A stretch of DNA of 64,000 bases from a virus (Duplodnaviria > Caudoviricetes). Shown one piece after another: positions 1-8,592 of the stretch (the first letter of the stretch is position 1; every line of letters starts with the position of its first letter). Under the pieces are notes generated by a model. That model was not told where the DNA came from. It was given only the letters and a program-made list of their open reading frames with translations, and did not search any database. The stretch spans positions 128,001-192,000 of the IMG/VR virus record IMGVR_UViG_3300047469_000103; one strand, given 5' to 3'. The position numbers and the translations under genes were made by a program.

Positions 1-2
1 TG

Positions 3-347
3 CACCGGACTAACGTTTTCGTAATCTAGTTCAATGCGATAACTCATGCGCCCACCATCCGCCAAATGCGCTTCTGGAATATGCACAGAAGTGGTGGTGC
101 TGAAATACGTGTGATACGCACCGTTGCGATTGAAGCGAACGCCCGCGTGTTTTAATTCGCCGTCGTTAATTTGCCAGACCGAAGGGCCACACATATCATG
201 TGCCAGTTTGAAGCCGAAATAAATCTGCTGCATTTCAGGTTCCCACGTATTCACCGGGCCAAAGCCACGGTCGGGCATACCGACTGCTTTTGCATATTTG
301 TTTTCGAATTCGCGCTGCAACGCTTCCGTGTTCATGATCTTTTTCAT
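3..347 (-). CDS. hypothetical protein, runs off window start
   Basis: Hand-translated MKKIMNTEALQREFENKYAKAVG...; ATG overlaps the stop of the 344..979 gene (ATGA); no stop before the window edge. Confidence 0.8.
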   Translation of the reverse strand, partial: MKKIMNTEALQREFENKYAKAVGMPDRGFGPVNTWEPEMQQIYFGFKLAHDMCGPSVWQINDGELKHAGVRFNRNGAYHTYFSTTTSVHIPEAHLADGGRMSYRIELDYENVSPV

Positions 348-979
348 TTGCAATCGTCCTGTTCGTCTTCCGCTTCGTTCATCATGCGCAGCGTCGATAG
401 AAGCTCTTCACGGCCTGCTTTGATACCGGGATTGCCGCCCGCTGCTTCCCACGCTTCCTGCACGCTTACATGGTCGCTCATGGCTTCCTGATACCCAAAC
501 CAACGCTCAGCAATTACCGGGTCGCTATCAACGCCTCCGGTGTGCTGTGAGGACAATTCGTAAACCGTGTAACCGTGGCGAATCATCGCCTGTTCGAATC
601 GCTGGCGCGTACTAAGTTTCGAGCCGACCAAACGTTTTACATAAACGTCTTGAAACGGGTAATAGCCATAACGCGAAAGTGCGTCACGCAGAATTTTATT
701 ATGCACCTGTTCAACGCGCACATAATGATAATTCAGGTAGACCGCATATTCTTCCAGCGCCGTCAGGAATTCTTTGAAGCGGCCTTTGTTCTGGAATGCA
801 GGATTAACGTCGATACGGGAAATTGCCGCCGCACGCATACGCATTTCGTTTTCCGCGTTGATGTATTCACCGGATCGCAGATACACAACGATGGGGCCGG
901 TTTTGAATTCCACACTGCGCGGCAAACGCGATTCGGATTGTTCCGCGAGAAACGTTTTGATTTCGACAGGCAAGTTCAT
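344..979 (-). CDS. GNAT-family acetyltransferase domain fused to small phage modules
   Basis: ISRIDVNPAFQNKGRFKEFLTALE resembles GNAT motif A (V.P..Q..G); ...KILRDALSRYGY resembles motif B. Confidence 0.7.
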   Translation of the reverse strand: MNLPVEIKTFLAEQSESRLPRSVEFKTGPIVVYLRSGEYINAENEMRMRAAAISRIDVNPAFQNKGRFKEFLTALEEYAVYLNYHYVRVEQVHNKILRDALSRYGYYPFQDVYVKRLVGSKLSTRQRFEQAMIRHGYTVYELSSQHTGGVDSDPVIAERWFGYQEAMSDHVSVQEAWEAAGGNPGIKAGREELLSTLRMMNEAEDEQDDCK

Positions 980-1227
980 TTGTTCTTATTCCTTTTGCGC
1001 ATTTCACGAATGAGGCGATGCCGGGTTGGCAGCCAATTGATGCCCATTACTTCCACGTAAAAATCGTGGCTCATAAAAACGGTGCCGGGGGCAGTCTCGA
1101 AATCACCGTTCATAAACACTTTCGTTTCTTTTGGTGCGCTCATGAGAAATTCCAAAGCGCGTTGTGTTGCTTCTACAACATCTGACGTGCTGGCGCGGGC
1201 GTGGCCGATATGCGGGTCAGTAATCAT
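976..1227 (-). CDS. hypothetical protein
   Basis: ORF in the overlapping minus-strand gene chain. Confidence 0.75.
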   Translation of the reverse strand: MITDPHIGHARASTSDVVEATQRALEFLMSAPKETKVFMNGDFETAPGTVFMSHDFYVEVMGINWLPTRHRLIREMRKRNKNK

Positions 1228-1478
1228 TTTCTTCTACTCACTTGGCGCATTTTCTTTTTGATTTTACGCGTAGCACGTTTGGCGTTGATGTTTTTCGGGC
1301 GACGATAAACGCCACCTTTGCGCGGCTTGGATTCTGTGCGCCACGTCGGCGTCGGTGCGAGCAATCCACCCATAACATTACCGATTGAAATTGTCTGCGC
1401 CATCAGCAAAGCCGCCATCATGTTGCGCCCACGAAAACCCGTGCGGTACGCGTTTAGTGCAGACGATTCGCTAAACAT
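1224..1478 (-). CDS. hypothetical protein with Lys/Arg-rich C-terminus
   Basis: ORF in gene chain; ends NAKRATRKIKKKMRQVSRRK. Confidence 0.75.
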   Translation of the reverse strand: MFSESSALNAYRTGFRGRNMMAALLMAQTISIGNVMGGLLAPTPTWRTESKPRKGGVYRRPKNINAKRATRKIKKKMRQVSRRK

Positions 1479-1921
1479 TGAAGCACTTCCTTATGAACGA
1501 TTTGGTAAATGTCGAAAAAGGCCCGATTGAAACCGCCGTGACCTAAACCCGGTGACGAAAGCGAAACGGTGAATTTGCCTTCTTTCATTTCGCCGGAATA
1601 ATGCCCGGTGTATTTGCCCCGGTCGCGCTGACGCTTTACGTCGCCATGCGTGAAACGATACGCCCAGCCAGTCGGCAACTCAGGCATAACAAACGTCGCG
1701 TTTAAATCTGCGTCGTTGTACATCAGCGTATAGGTGGTCACGTGCGGACTGTAATCAATATTGCCCCACGTCATTTGCACGCCTGCATCGTCTTCCGCCT
1801 GAAACAATTTCGTCAGCAGCGATTTATATTCGTCTGGCGTCATTTGTAGTTCGGCAGCAATCTCGTGCCAAGGGCCGCTAAGCTCTTCGGCTATACGCTC
1901 TTCAACCGATAAATATTTCAT
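1454..1921 (-). CDS. hypothetical protein
   Basis: Start reassigned to ATG 1921 (MKYLSVEE) behind GAGG. Confidence 0.75.
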   Translation of the reverse strand: MKYLSVEERIAEELSGPWHEIAAELQMTPDEYKSLLTKLFQAEDDAGVQMTWGNIDYSPHVTTYTLMYNDADLNATFVMPELPTGWAYRFTHGDVKRQRDRGKYTGHYSGEMKEGKFTVSLSSPGLGHGGFNRAFFDIYQIVHKEVLQCLANRLH

Positions 1922-1934
1922 GATGCGCCCTCGC

Positions 1935-2234
1935 TTATTTGCGGGATTGTTTACGCGCCTTCTTTTCTGCTTTGCGTTTGGCGCGTTTCTTTGCAGCACC
2001 GGGAACACCGCCGACAATCGACAGGTAACGGAAACTGTCAGTGCCTTTTACACGCTGGCGGAAATCTCCCATATGCACGTCACCGCGCAAACGTTCCAGA
2101 ACAGTTTTTTCATTCCGCTCCATGTTGAACAGCAATTGGCTTTTACCGAAGCTGTTAGAACCGCCGACAATTATAACGTCTTTGTTCTGCACTTCGCTTT
2201 TAGAAATGTCAGTCGTCGCAGTAATAATTTCCAT
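1935..2234 (-). CDS. hypothetical protein with Walker-A-like motif and basic tail
   Basis: DVIIVGGSNSFGKS matches GxxxxGKS; ends KKRAKRKAEKKARKQSRK. Confidence 0.75.
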   Translation of the reverse strand: MEIITATTDISKSEVQNKDVIIVGGSNSFGKSQLLFNMERNEKTVLERLRGDVHMGDFRQRVKGTDSFRYLSIVGGVPGAAKKRAKRKAEKKARKQSRK

Positions 2235-2236
2235 TG

Positions 2237-2917
2237 TTACGGTGCCTCTGTGATTTCGAGTTCGTGAGTGAGGATATAAACGAATGGCATGCGATACGGT
2301 TTGCGATCTTTCACAATTACCGTATCTGCGAGAATTGCCGAAACCCTTCCCTCTTTTATGTGCATGTCGTTTACCGATTTCATCGACCGACCATTTAACA
2401 CGACGGCGATTCGCACCACGTCACCAACGCGCAATTCTTTGTCGATGGTTGTGGAGAAATCAGCAGGCCGACTCATTACCGAATAAACCAGATTCAGAAA
2501 GGTTGGATTCGGACTGAAGTACACGTCGTTTTTGATATCGTGCCACAGCGCAAAATTCATGTCGGCGCCGAAGTATTCTTTCAGTTGGCGCTTGCCGTCG
2601 AAGACCTTCTGCATTTCGTCATTCAGCGAAGGCCCGTAGGAGTCCAGCAGAGACGTTCTAAGCAGTGCGTACATCGTTTGCCCTTGCATGAACCGCCGTC
2701 CTTCCATAGCGGGCTTAGAAGGGGTCGCACGTAGGGCCACAAGCGAATAGCTTTCACCGTTTGCGATGTTCGTCCGCGTCCGGTTGTTTGCGTCAGGGAT
2801 GGCGCCGAGTTCGAATTCAGAACTGCCCATATAATCGTAACCGAGCAATTCGCCCAAACCAGCAGACTCCGCACGGTAACGCGCATTTACGCGTGCCAGC
2901 AAATATGGAATGTACAT
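2237..2917 (-). CDS. hypothetical protein
   Basis: 226-aa ORF; YDYMGSSEFELGAIP segment and an SH3/KOW-like C-terminus (LRVGDVVRIAV). Confidence 0.8.
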   Translation of the reverse strand: MYIPYLLARVNARYRAESAGLGELLGYDYMGSSEFELGAIPDANNRTRTNIANGESYSLVALRATPSKPAMEGRRFMQGQTMYALLRTSLLDSYGPSLNDEMQKVFDGKRQLKEYFGADMNFALWHDIKNDVYFSPNPTFLNLVYSVMSRPADFSTTIDKELRVGDVVRIAVVLNGRSMKSVNDMHIKEGRVSAILADTVIVKDRKPYRMPFVYILTHELEITEAP

Positions 2918-3321
2918 TACTTGGCATCCTCTTCGTCTAATTCTAAATCGTCGCTTTCTTGAAATTGGTCAGGCACATATTTCGGACTGACAAATTTTCC
3001 GAAGACGGTGTAATTGTTGTAGCCTTTAAATTGTCCGCCCTGCAACGTAATTGTCTGCGAACCATTTTGCCAGCCGAGCATGTGCCACCACGCACTGAAA
3101 AACATTTTGAATTTGAATTTGCGTGGCTTCTCTTGCGCAGCGCCAACTTTAAAACGGAACCGCGTGAAACTACAGGCACGCGCAAACGCACATGCAATTT
3201 CCCACACCGTTTCATACAGCACGCGCAGAATGTAATAGGCCAACACAAAAGCAGTGACGCAGCCCAGTGCAGCAGCCAGCAGGAAAGTGAACGAAACGTC
3301 AGGCCAAAGATTATTTAACAT
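2917..3321 (-). CDS. membrane protein
   Basis: N-terminal hydrophobic helix FTFLLAAALGCVTAFVLAYYIL. Confidence 0.75.
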   Translation of the reverse strand: MLNNLWPDVSFTFLLAAALGCVTAFVLAYYILRVLYETVWEIACAFARACSFTRFRFKVGAAQEKPRKFKFKMFFSAWWHMLGWQNGSQTITLQGGQFKGYNNYTVFGKFVSPKYVPDQFQESDDLELDEEDAK

Positions 3322-3326
3322 TTAAT

Positions 3327-3812
3327 TCACCACTGAATGCCGGGATGGGAAATGCCGACGCGTGCTTTGTCTTTCAAACGCCCCAGCCGCGCCAATTCCT
3401 GAATGTACACATAATCGACACCCGGCAACGGAAGCTGCTGCGCATCGTGGCGGCGATCCAGACTCACTTTCGAATCCAATTCTTTTTCGAAACGGTCGAG
3501 CGCTTCCCACAAATCAGGAACCACGCAAATCGAAATGTGATCGTGATTCGTGAACTGCGCCCAACGTACCGCCGCACGAATTGTTTCGACGACTTGCACA
3601 GTGATGGACATTTCGCCGTCTTCGCCAATGCACGGGCCAGCAATTTTGCTACCCATGATCGTATAGTCGAATTGTTGCACGCGGCCTTTTACCAGATGAT
3701 TCAGGCGTTGCACCAAATCAGGAATTTGGTCGCGCAGAGAATCGACGTTCACGCACTCGACAGGAATAACGCCCAGTGCTTTTTGATGGCCTACAGAAAC
3801 TGCGATGTACAT
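3327..3812 (-). CDS. hypothetical protein
   Basis: ORF in gene chain, GGAG RBS. Confidence 0.8.
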   Translation of the reverse strand: MYIAVSVGHQKALGVIPVECVNVDSLRDQIPDLVQRLNHLVKGRVQQFDYTIMGSKIAGPCIGEDGEMSITVQVVETIRAAVRWAQFTNHDHISICVVPDLWEALDRFEKELDSKVSLDRRHDAQQLPLPGVDYVYIQELARLGRLKDKARVGISHPGIQW

Positions 3813-3821
3813 AAATGCTCC

Positions 3822-4112
3822 TTAAATGGCCGAGCCAATTTTAGTTTTTTGATTATCCCTTTCGTGACGCAGAATTGCAGTCGGGCCGAAACCGGGGTCA
3901 GGGTGTTTGATGTAGTGCAGAAAACGTTCGACGGCGACAACCGGAATGCCGTCTTTAAATTCGACAGACTCACACGTGCTTTCCACACGCTTAATCATGT
4001 CGAGTTGATTATCGCAGAAATTTCTCAACCAGAAATAACGACGGATAATCCAGAACAGATAACACGCAGCGCAAAACTCAACAACCATGCGGAAAATTTC
4101 AAAGGGTTCCAT
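3822..4112 (-). CDS. small membrane-anchored protein
   Basis: Hydrophobic N-terminus MVVEFCAACYLFWII; GAGGA RBS. Confidence 0.75.
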   Translation of the reverse strand: MEPFEIFRMVVEFCAACYLFWIIRRYFWLRNFCDNQLDMIKRVESTCESVEFKDGIPVVAVERFLHYIKHPDPGFGPTAILRHERDNQKTKIGSAI

Positions 4113-4114
4113 CG

Positions 4115-4237
4115 TTAAATCCTCTTAGGGTCAGGTTCTTCAATGCACGACAGCGCGTAGGAAACGGCGCCGATAATAAAAGAAAGAGCAACGACGCATC
4201 CTGCGAATTGCAGCGTCAATAACAAAGGCGATTCCAT
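4115..4237 (-). CDS. 40-aa single-TM microprotein (not in ORF track)
   Basis: MESPLLLTLQFAGCVVALSFIIGAVSYALSCIEEPDPKRI; fills the gap between genes. Confidence 0.6.
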   Translation of the reverse strand: MESPLLLTLQFAGCVVALSFIIGAVSYALSCIEEPDPKRI

Positions 4238-4262
4238 ATCGTTTTAATTGTCCTACAGGCAA

Positions 4263-4280
4263 GCGGAGCCGAAGCCCCGC
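4263..4280 (-). terminator. stem-loop GCGGGGC-TTCG-GCTCCGC
   Basis: UUCG-loop hairpin just after the 4294 stop; U-tract weak. Confidence 0.5.
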
Positions 4281-4293
4281 CGCATGGTAAAAG

Positions 4294-4590
4294 TTAAACC
4301 GGGTACGACATACAAACGACAGCAAGACGTTTGCGTTTCAAATGCTGAATACTGCCGTGGCCGTCCACAATAACGAAAGGCACATCGGTACAGGCTTCGA
4401 TGCGATCAATGAGAGATTGCACCGTCGCGCTGTTATTCAGCGAGCGTTCCCAAATGTACGGTTTGCATTTGGTCGATGCTGGCGCACGGAAAACAATGCG
4501 CAGACATTCCTGTTCGTACACGGCCATTTCGATCAGGCCGAGTTCGCTGGTCAGTTCGTGCAATTCCGGTGCTGGCTTTTTATCGCTCAT
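4294..4590 (-). CDS. hypothetical protein
   Basis: ORF in gene chain, ATGA overlap. Confidence 0.75.
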   Translation of the reverse strand: MSDKKPAPELHELTSELGLIEMAVYEQECLRIVFRAPASTKCKPYIWERSLNNSATVQSLIDRIEACTDVPFVIVDGHGSIQHLKRKRLAVVCMSYPV

Positions 4591-5144
4591 TTGCGGTTCG
4601 CCTCGTTCTTGTCCAGATTTGCAGCGTTGCGAATCAGCATATTACCGGAATGACCACGGACGGTTTCCATTTCGGTCTGGCGGTAAATGTAGATACACAG
4701 GTCGCAAAGCTTTTTACCGGTGATAAGCATGTGGCTGATATCCTCGACGAATTTATCACGCGTCAGGGTATGGAAACGATGTTCTGCTTCAGCCGGTTCA
4801 CTTTTCACGGCCAGCGTAACGCCGATGGTATCGAAAATCAGTTTCTCGAAATCCGCCGTTGTGATCGTCCAGCTATTCGGAATGATCGACGGTTTGTCGT
4901 CTACAGGTTTCGGTGCTTTTCCACCTTCCAGCCATTTGCCGGTTTCGATCAACTGTTCGATTCCGTCAAACCACGCATTGAGCTTTTTGTCTTCGTCGTC
5001 GAGCGACACTTCGACTTTGCCTTCTGCGAAAACGGTGCCGTGACAGCAAACGTTATTCAGCGCGATTGCAAAACGATGCGGCCCAACTTCTTTAATCAAC
5101 GCCGACAGAACGGATTCAGTTACAGCGTTCGCTTTAGTGCCCAT
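4587..5144 (-). CDS. hypothetical protein
   Basis: ORF preceded by ACTCACG...TAAAGGAAGTTT leader. Confidence 0.8.
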   Translation of the reverse strand: MGTKANAVTESVLSALIKEVGPHRFAIALNNVCCHGTVFAEGKVEVSLDDEDKKLNAWFDGIEQLIETGKWLEGGKAPKPVDDKPSIIPNSWTITTADFEKLIFDTIGVTLAVKSEPAEAEHRFHTLTRDKFVEDISHMLITGKKLCDLCIYIYRQTEMETVRGHSGNMLIRNAANLDKNEANRK

Positions 5145-5180
5145 AATTCAAACTTCCTTTAAAGCGTGAGTGTTGTAGTA

Positions 5181-5203
5181 GCGGCCAATCAAAGACCAGC
5201 CGC
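5181..5203 (-). other. intergenic hairpin followed by TACTACAA-CACTCACG
   Basis: GCGGCTGGTC-TTT-GATTGGCCGC; no U-tract. Confidence 0.5.
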
Positions 5204-5222
5204 CACAATACCATTCGTCGCC

Positions 5223-5528
5223 CTACCAGTCAAGCCGGGGGTGTGGGTCGAAGTAGGAGAACGCCCCAGCGGCAGCCCATACGGCAGCGGCAGGCGTAGA
5301 GGTGGTTAGGCCGGTCGTAGCGCCTTCCCGGTTGTACGTTCGATTCACGCATGCGCCTTTATGCGAAAGGTCACATTTCAAAATCAAAACGCCCGTATCC
5401 CAAAGCGAAAGAGTCCAACCTGCATCATGTTCAATCGTCGATGAAATAAGCCCGCGATTAATTGCGCACGCTTCCGCATCTTTAATCATCTGTTCGGTTT
5501 GCAGGCGTTCCAATTTTGTCTGGCGCAT
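5223..5528 (-). CDS. hypothetical protein
   Basis: ORF in gene chain. Confidence 0.75.
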   Translation of the reverse strand: MRQTKLERLQTEQMIKDAEACAINRGLISSTIEHDAGWTLSLWDTGVLILKCDLSHKGACVNRTYNREGATTGLTTSTPAAAVWAAAGAFSYFDPHPRLDW

Positions 5529-5537
5529 ATCTAGTCC

Positions 5538-6041
5538 TTAATCTGCTCGCTGCAATACTTCAGCCATTTCCATTTCGATGGCTTCGTATCGCTCATTCAT
5601 TACAGTCACGTCGTTTTGTAAATCGCCGTTCTGCTTTTTCAGTTCTTCGATTTGCTCGTGCAGCGCCACAATTTCATCGCGCTGTGTCTCGATGCACTCT
5701 GCCTTATTTCGTACCGTTTGGTCACGACGACCAACACGCGCAGCCAACACTTCGTTATCTTGCTGTAGGCGCGTGACGCTTAATGCTTGTCGGTTAATCG
5801 TTTGGTCACGACGACCGATGCGCTGATTCAGTTTGTCGATGTACGCATTCTTTTGTGCGCAGACTTTTTCTACGCGCAGAACGTGTGCCTTCAGCGTTTC
5901 GATGCGTTTGTTTTTGCTTGCGTGAATTCGAACGATGCGGCGTTCACAGTATTTCCACACAGCTTCGCCTTGTTTGTTTGGTTCGGCGTGTTCTCGCATT
6001 CCGGCAAGCGCAACATTACGACCGTGGTATTCTTTATTCAT
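5538..6041 (-). CDS. coiled-coil protein with internal repeat
   Basis: Heptad pattern; GRRDQT twice, 28 aa apart. Confidence 0.8.
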   Translation of the reverse strand: MNKEYHGRNVALAGMREHAEPNKQGEAVWKYCERRIVRIHASKNKRIETLKAHVLRVEKVCAQKNAYIDKLNQRIGRRDQTINRQALSVTRLQQDNEVLAARVGRRDQTVRNKAECIETQRDEIVALHEQIEELKKQNGDLQNDVTVMNERYEAIEMEMAEVLQRAD

Positions 6042-6831
6042 TTGTCAGCCCCAGCAGCGTGTGGATTTCTGCGAATTTGTTGTTCGCGAAAGTATATTTG
6101 TTGTGCTGCTTTTCTTTGTTGGCGCGTTGTGGAACATCCACCGATTTGTGATGATCGAAAAGACCGCGCAGCGTTGTGGTGTAGGTCAGTTCCGGTTCGT
6201 TGAAAAACGCCCACTCATACATCCGCACAATCAGGTTCGTGTGTGGATCGTGCTTGCCGGAAATGTAGTCTTGGATGTTCAGCTTTGGCATTACGCCGAG
6301 TTCCAATTGCAGCGCGGTGAAAACGTAACGGAAAATCTGGCGTTTACGTTTCGCACGTTCTTCGTCGTCGGTCGATTCTTCGTACTGCTTTTTCAGCGTG
6401 TGCAAACTGCCAACACAGGAACGGAACATTTCGCGAGCGTCGAAGTAATGGTGACACACTTCCTGCAAGCAGGTGTACACGTTGTTGTATTTGAAATTGA
6501 GGTTGTTGCAGCCGCCACCAACAACTTCGAAAATTGGCAGATTGGATTGCGTGCAAAGGCGCAGCGCTTTTTCCAGCGAAAAGAATTGCACGTCGGACGG
6601 AACCTGATTACCAGCGGCGTCAGTGAACGGAAACTTTTCTTTGTGCGTGGCACGTGGATAAGTGTTCAAGTCCAACTTTTTGTCGATGCCGATTACGGTG
6701 AAATCGAAGTCACTCAAATCGGTATGGGTGCCCCACGAACGCGAGCCAGTTTCTGCGATTACCAGCGGCGTGATTTCCAACCGGTGGCGCAGAGTTTGTT
6801 CTAACAAAACACCGTCATGTTGCTGATTCAT
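6034..6831 (-). CDS. DNA polymerase beta-superfamily nucleotidyltransferase (Nuc-transf/RlaP-like)
   Basis: IAETGSRSWGTHTDLSDFDF matches the GS..WG...SD.D signature. Confidence 0.8.
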   Translation of the reverse strand: MNQQHDGVLLEQTLRHRLEITPLVIAETGSRSWGTHTDLSDFDFTVIGIDKKLDLNTYPRATHKEKFPFTDAAGNQVPSDVQFFSLEKALRLCTQSNLPIFEVVGGGCNNLNFKYNNVYTCLQEVCHHYFDAREMFRSCVGSLHTLKKQYEESTDDEERAKRKRQIFRYVFTALQLELGVMPKLNIQDYISGKHDPHTNLIVRMYEWAFFNEPELTYTTTLRGLFDHHKSVDVPQRANKEKQHNKYTFANNKFAEIHTLLGLTNE

Positions 6832-7220
6832 TTTGCGTCCCGTTGGATTTCTGCGTGAGTGTGCAATTCAGGTTTCGGTTCGGCGCTGCCGAGAGTCATT
6901 GCGCGATAACGTTCCAAATCTGCTTCGCGTGCAATGTCCCACAGGTTTTGTGAAACGGTGCGCGATTTGAACAGTTTCAGTTTCATGCCTTCGCAGATAA
7001 AGATTGCTTCGGCCACTTCGTAATAAGGCTTCGGCAATTTCTCGCATTTAACTTTCATCACAACGCGGTTGCCGATGCTGTACGCGTTGTCACCGAGGAA
7101 ACCCGCGTAACGAACAATTTGATCCGGGGTAACAACTACGTCCGGCGCTTCCATTGCAGCTTTGTCGGCAACTACACGCAGAGCCGCAGCGTTGAAGAAA
7201 ATCAGAATAAAAGTGTTCAT
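6828..7220 (-). CDS. hypothetical protein
   Basis: Start reassigned to ATG 7220 (MNTFILIF) behind GAGG. Confidence 0.7.
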   Translation of the reverse strand: MNTFILIFFNAAALRVVADKAAMEAPDVVVTPDQIVRYAGFLGDNAYSIGNRVVMKVKCEKLPKPYYEVAEAIFICEGMKLKLFKSRTVSQNLWDIAREADLERYRAMTLGSAEPKPELHTHAEIQRDAK

Positions 7221-7221
7221 G

Positions 7222-8040
7222 TTAACCCTCGGAATCCAAATGAAGTTTGGCAGCAAGTTCTGTAAGCGAGCCGGTAATTACATGCGGGGTTTTCGTCTGC
7301 GCATGCACAACCGTGACTTCGATTTCATCGTGGAAATCAGAAAGCGGATACGGGTCAATCATGCGCTCGACGATGTAGGTTCCCACAATGTCGTCAACAA
7401 CCATAACCACAGCACCGGCGCGGGCGATTTGCGAAACGATTTTGTTCTCGACAAAAACCGATTCCATTTGCTGTTCGGTCAGGGCCAGAATGTTGTCGTA
7501 CATAACGCCGTAATCTTTCACTTCACGGAACAATTGCACCGGCTTATTTTTCGCGTTGATCGACGGGCCGAGGTATTGCAAACGCGCTGGCGCTTCGACA
7601 ACGTGTAACGTGTGATTGGTAAACGACGGACAGGAAATATCGTTCACCAAAAGATACGTTTGGTTGCGCAGCAGTTCCAGCGACACAGAACAGTTTTGTG
7701 CAATGTTGCGCATCGGCGTGCGGATTTCATCGTAACCGGTGATATGCACGTCTTCGAAATTCAACATCGTTTTCGCAAGGATCATGCTGTCGGTATCGCC
7801 ACGGCTGGAAAGATTCAGCGAATCTGAATTGCCCCAGCAAGTAAATGGGAAACCTTCGCTGCAAAAACCAGCAGAAACAACCTTGACGTTTTCAACCGGG
7901 GTGCTGAAGTTTGCAGCTACGCACGGCACCAATGCTTCGGCCATCATCGCATGCACCAAATGATCGTGGTGCATCACGCCGACTTCGACAAACATGTTTG
8001 CACCTTTTGGCAAACGTACTTGGAAAATTTCGTATTTCAT
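7222..8040 (-). CDS. hypothetical multi-domain protein
   Basis: 272-aa ORF; N-terminal H..VVSAGFC...CWGNSDSLNLSSR module. Confidence 0.8.
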   Translation of the reverse strand: MKYEIFQVRLPKGANMFVEVGVMHHDHLVHAMMAEALVPCVAANFSTPVENVKVVSAGFCSEGFPFTCWGNSDSLNLSSRGDTDSMILAKTMLNFEDVHITGYDEIRTPMRNIAQNCSVSLELLRNQTYLLVNDISCPSFTNHTLHVVEAPARLQYLGPSINAKNKPVQLFREVKDYGVMYDNILALTEQQMESVFVENKIVSQIARAGAVVMVVDDIVGTYIVERMIDPYPLSDFHDEIEVTVVHAQTKTPHVITGSLTELAAKLHLDSEG

Positions 8041-8336
8041 TTTGGCACCGATACGAGGGTGATTTTTGGAATCAGTTGGAAATGCACGCGGCGGCAGTAA
8101 TACGCTTCCCCGTCACGCACTTCAATTCCGTCGAGATACGTCAGGTTGATTGCCGTCATATTTTTACTTTGTTCAAGTCGTAAAATGGCGGCATTAATAT
8201 TTCCATTTGCGCGACGCTTGTAGTTCTCCAGTCGCGTCAGGATGTAGGAGTTGTCAGCGTCCGGCCCGCCAGAAATATCGTCACCGATTTTGATGCTGTG
8301 CTGGCGCGATTGCAGCGGTAGGTTTTCACGAAACAT
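8037..8336 (-). CDS. hypothetical protein (paralog of 9294..9566)
   Basis: ORF in gene chain; aligns without gaps to 9294..9566. Confidence 0.75.
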   Translation of the reverse strand: MFRENLPLQSRQHSIKIGDDISGGPDADNSYILTRLENYKRRANGNINAAILRLEQSKNMTAINLTYLDGIEVRDGEAYYCRRVHFQLIPKITLVSVPK

Positions 8337-8592
8337 TTTTCTTCTCCCGCATGAAAACCCAATTACCTAGCGGCCTGATAATCAGCGGTGAACCCATGAT
8401 TACCAGCCAGACAATTTGAAACTGGAAACCGTAGGAATCCCAACGCGGCCCCATACGTCCGAGTTCCGGCCAATCGAGGAAATCCAGCGTGAGCATTACA
8501 GCCGATGGGATTGCATACAGGGTAGACCAGACGATTAGCCACTTCGCACGACGGCGAAGACCTTTCCATTTTGCTTTCAGGAATTTAATCAA
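8326..8592 (-). CDS. two-TM membrane protein
   Basis: Two hydrophobic helices; start probably TTG 8592 overlapping the upstream stop. Confidence 0.7.
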   Translation of the reverse strand: MIKFLKAKWKGLRRRAKWLIVWSTLYAIPSAVMLTLDFLDWPELGRMGPRWDSYGFQFQIVWLVIMGSPLIIRPLGNWVFMREKKNVS

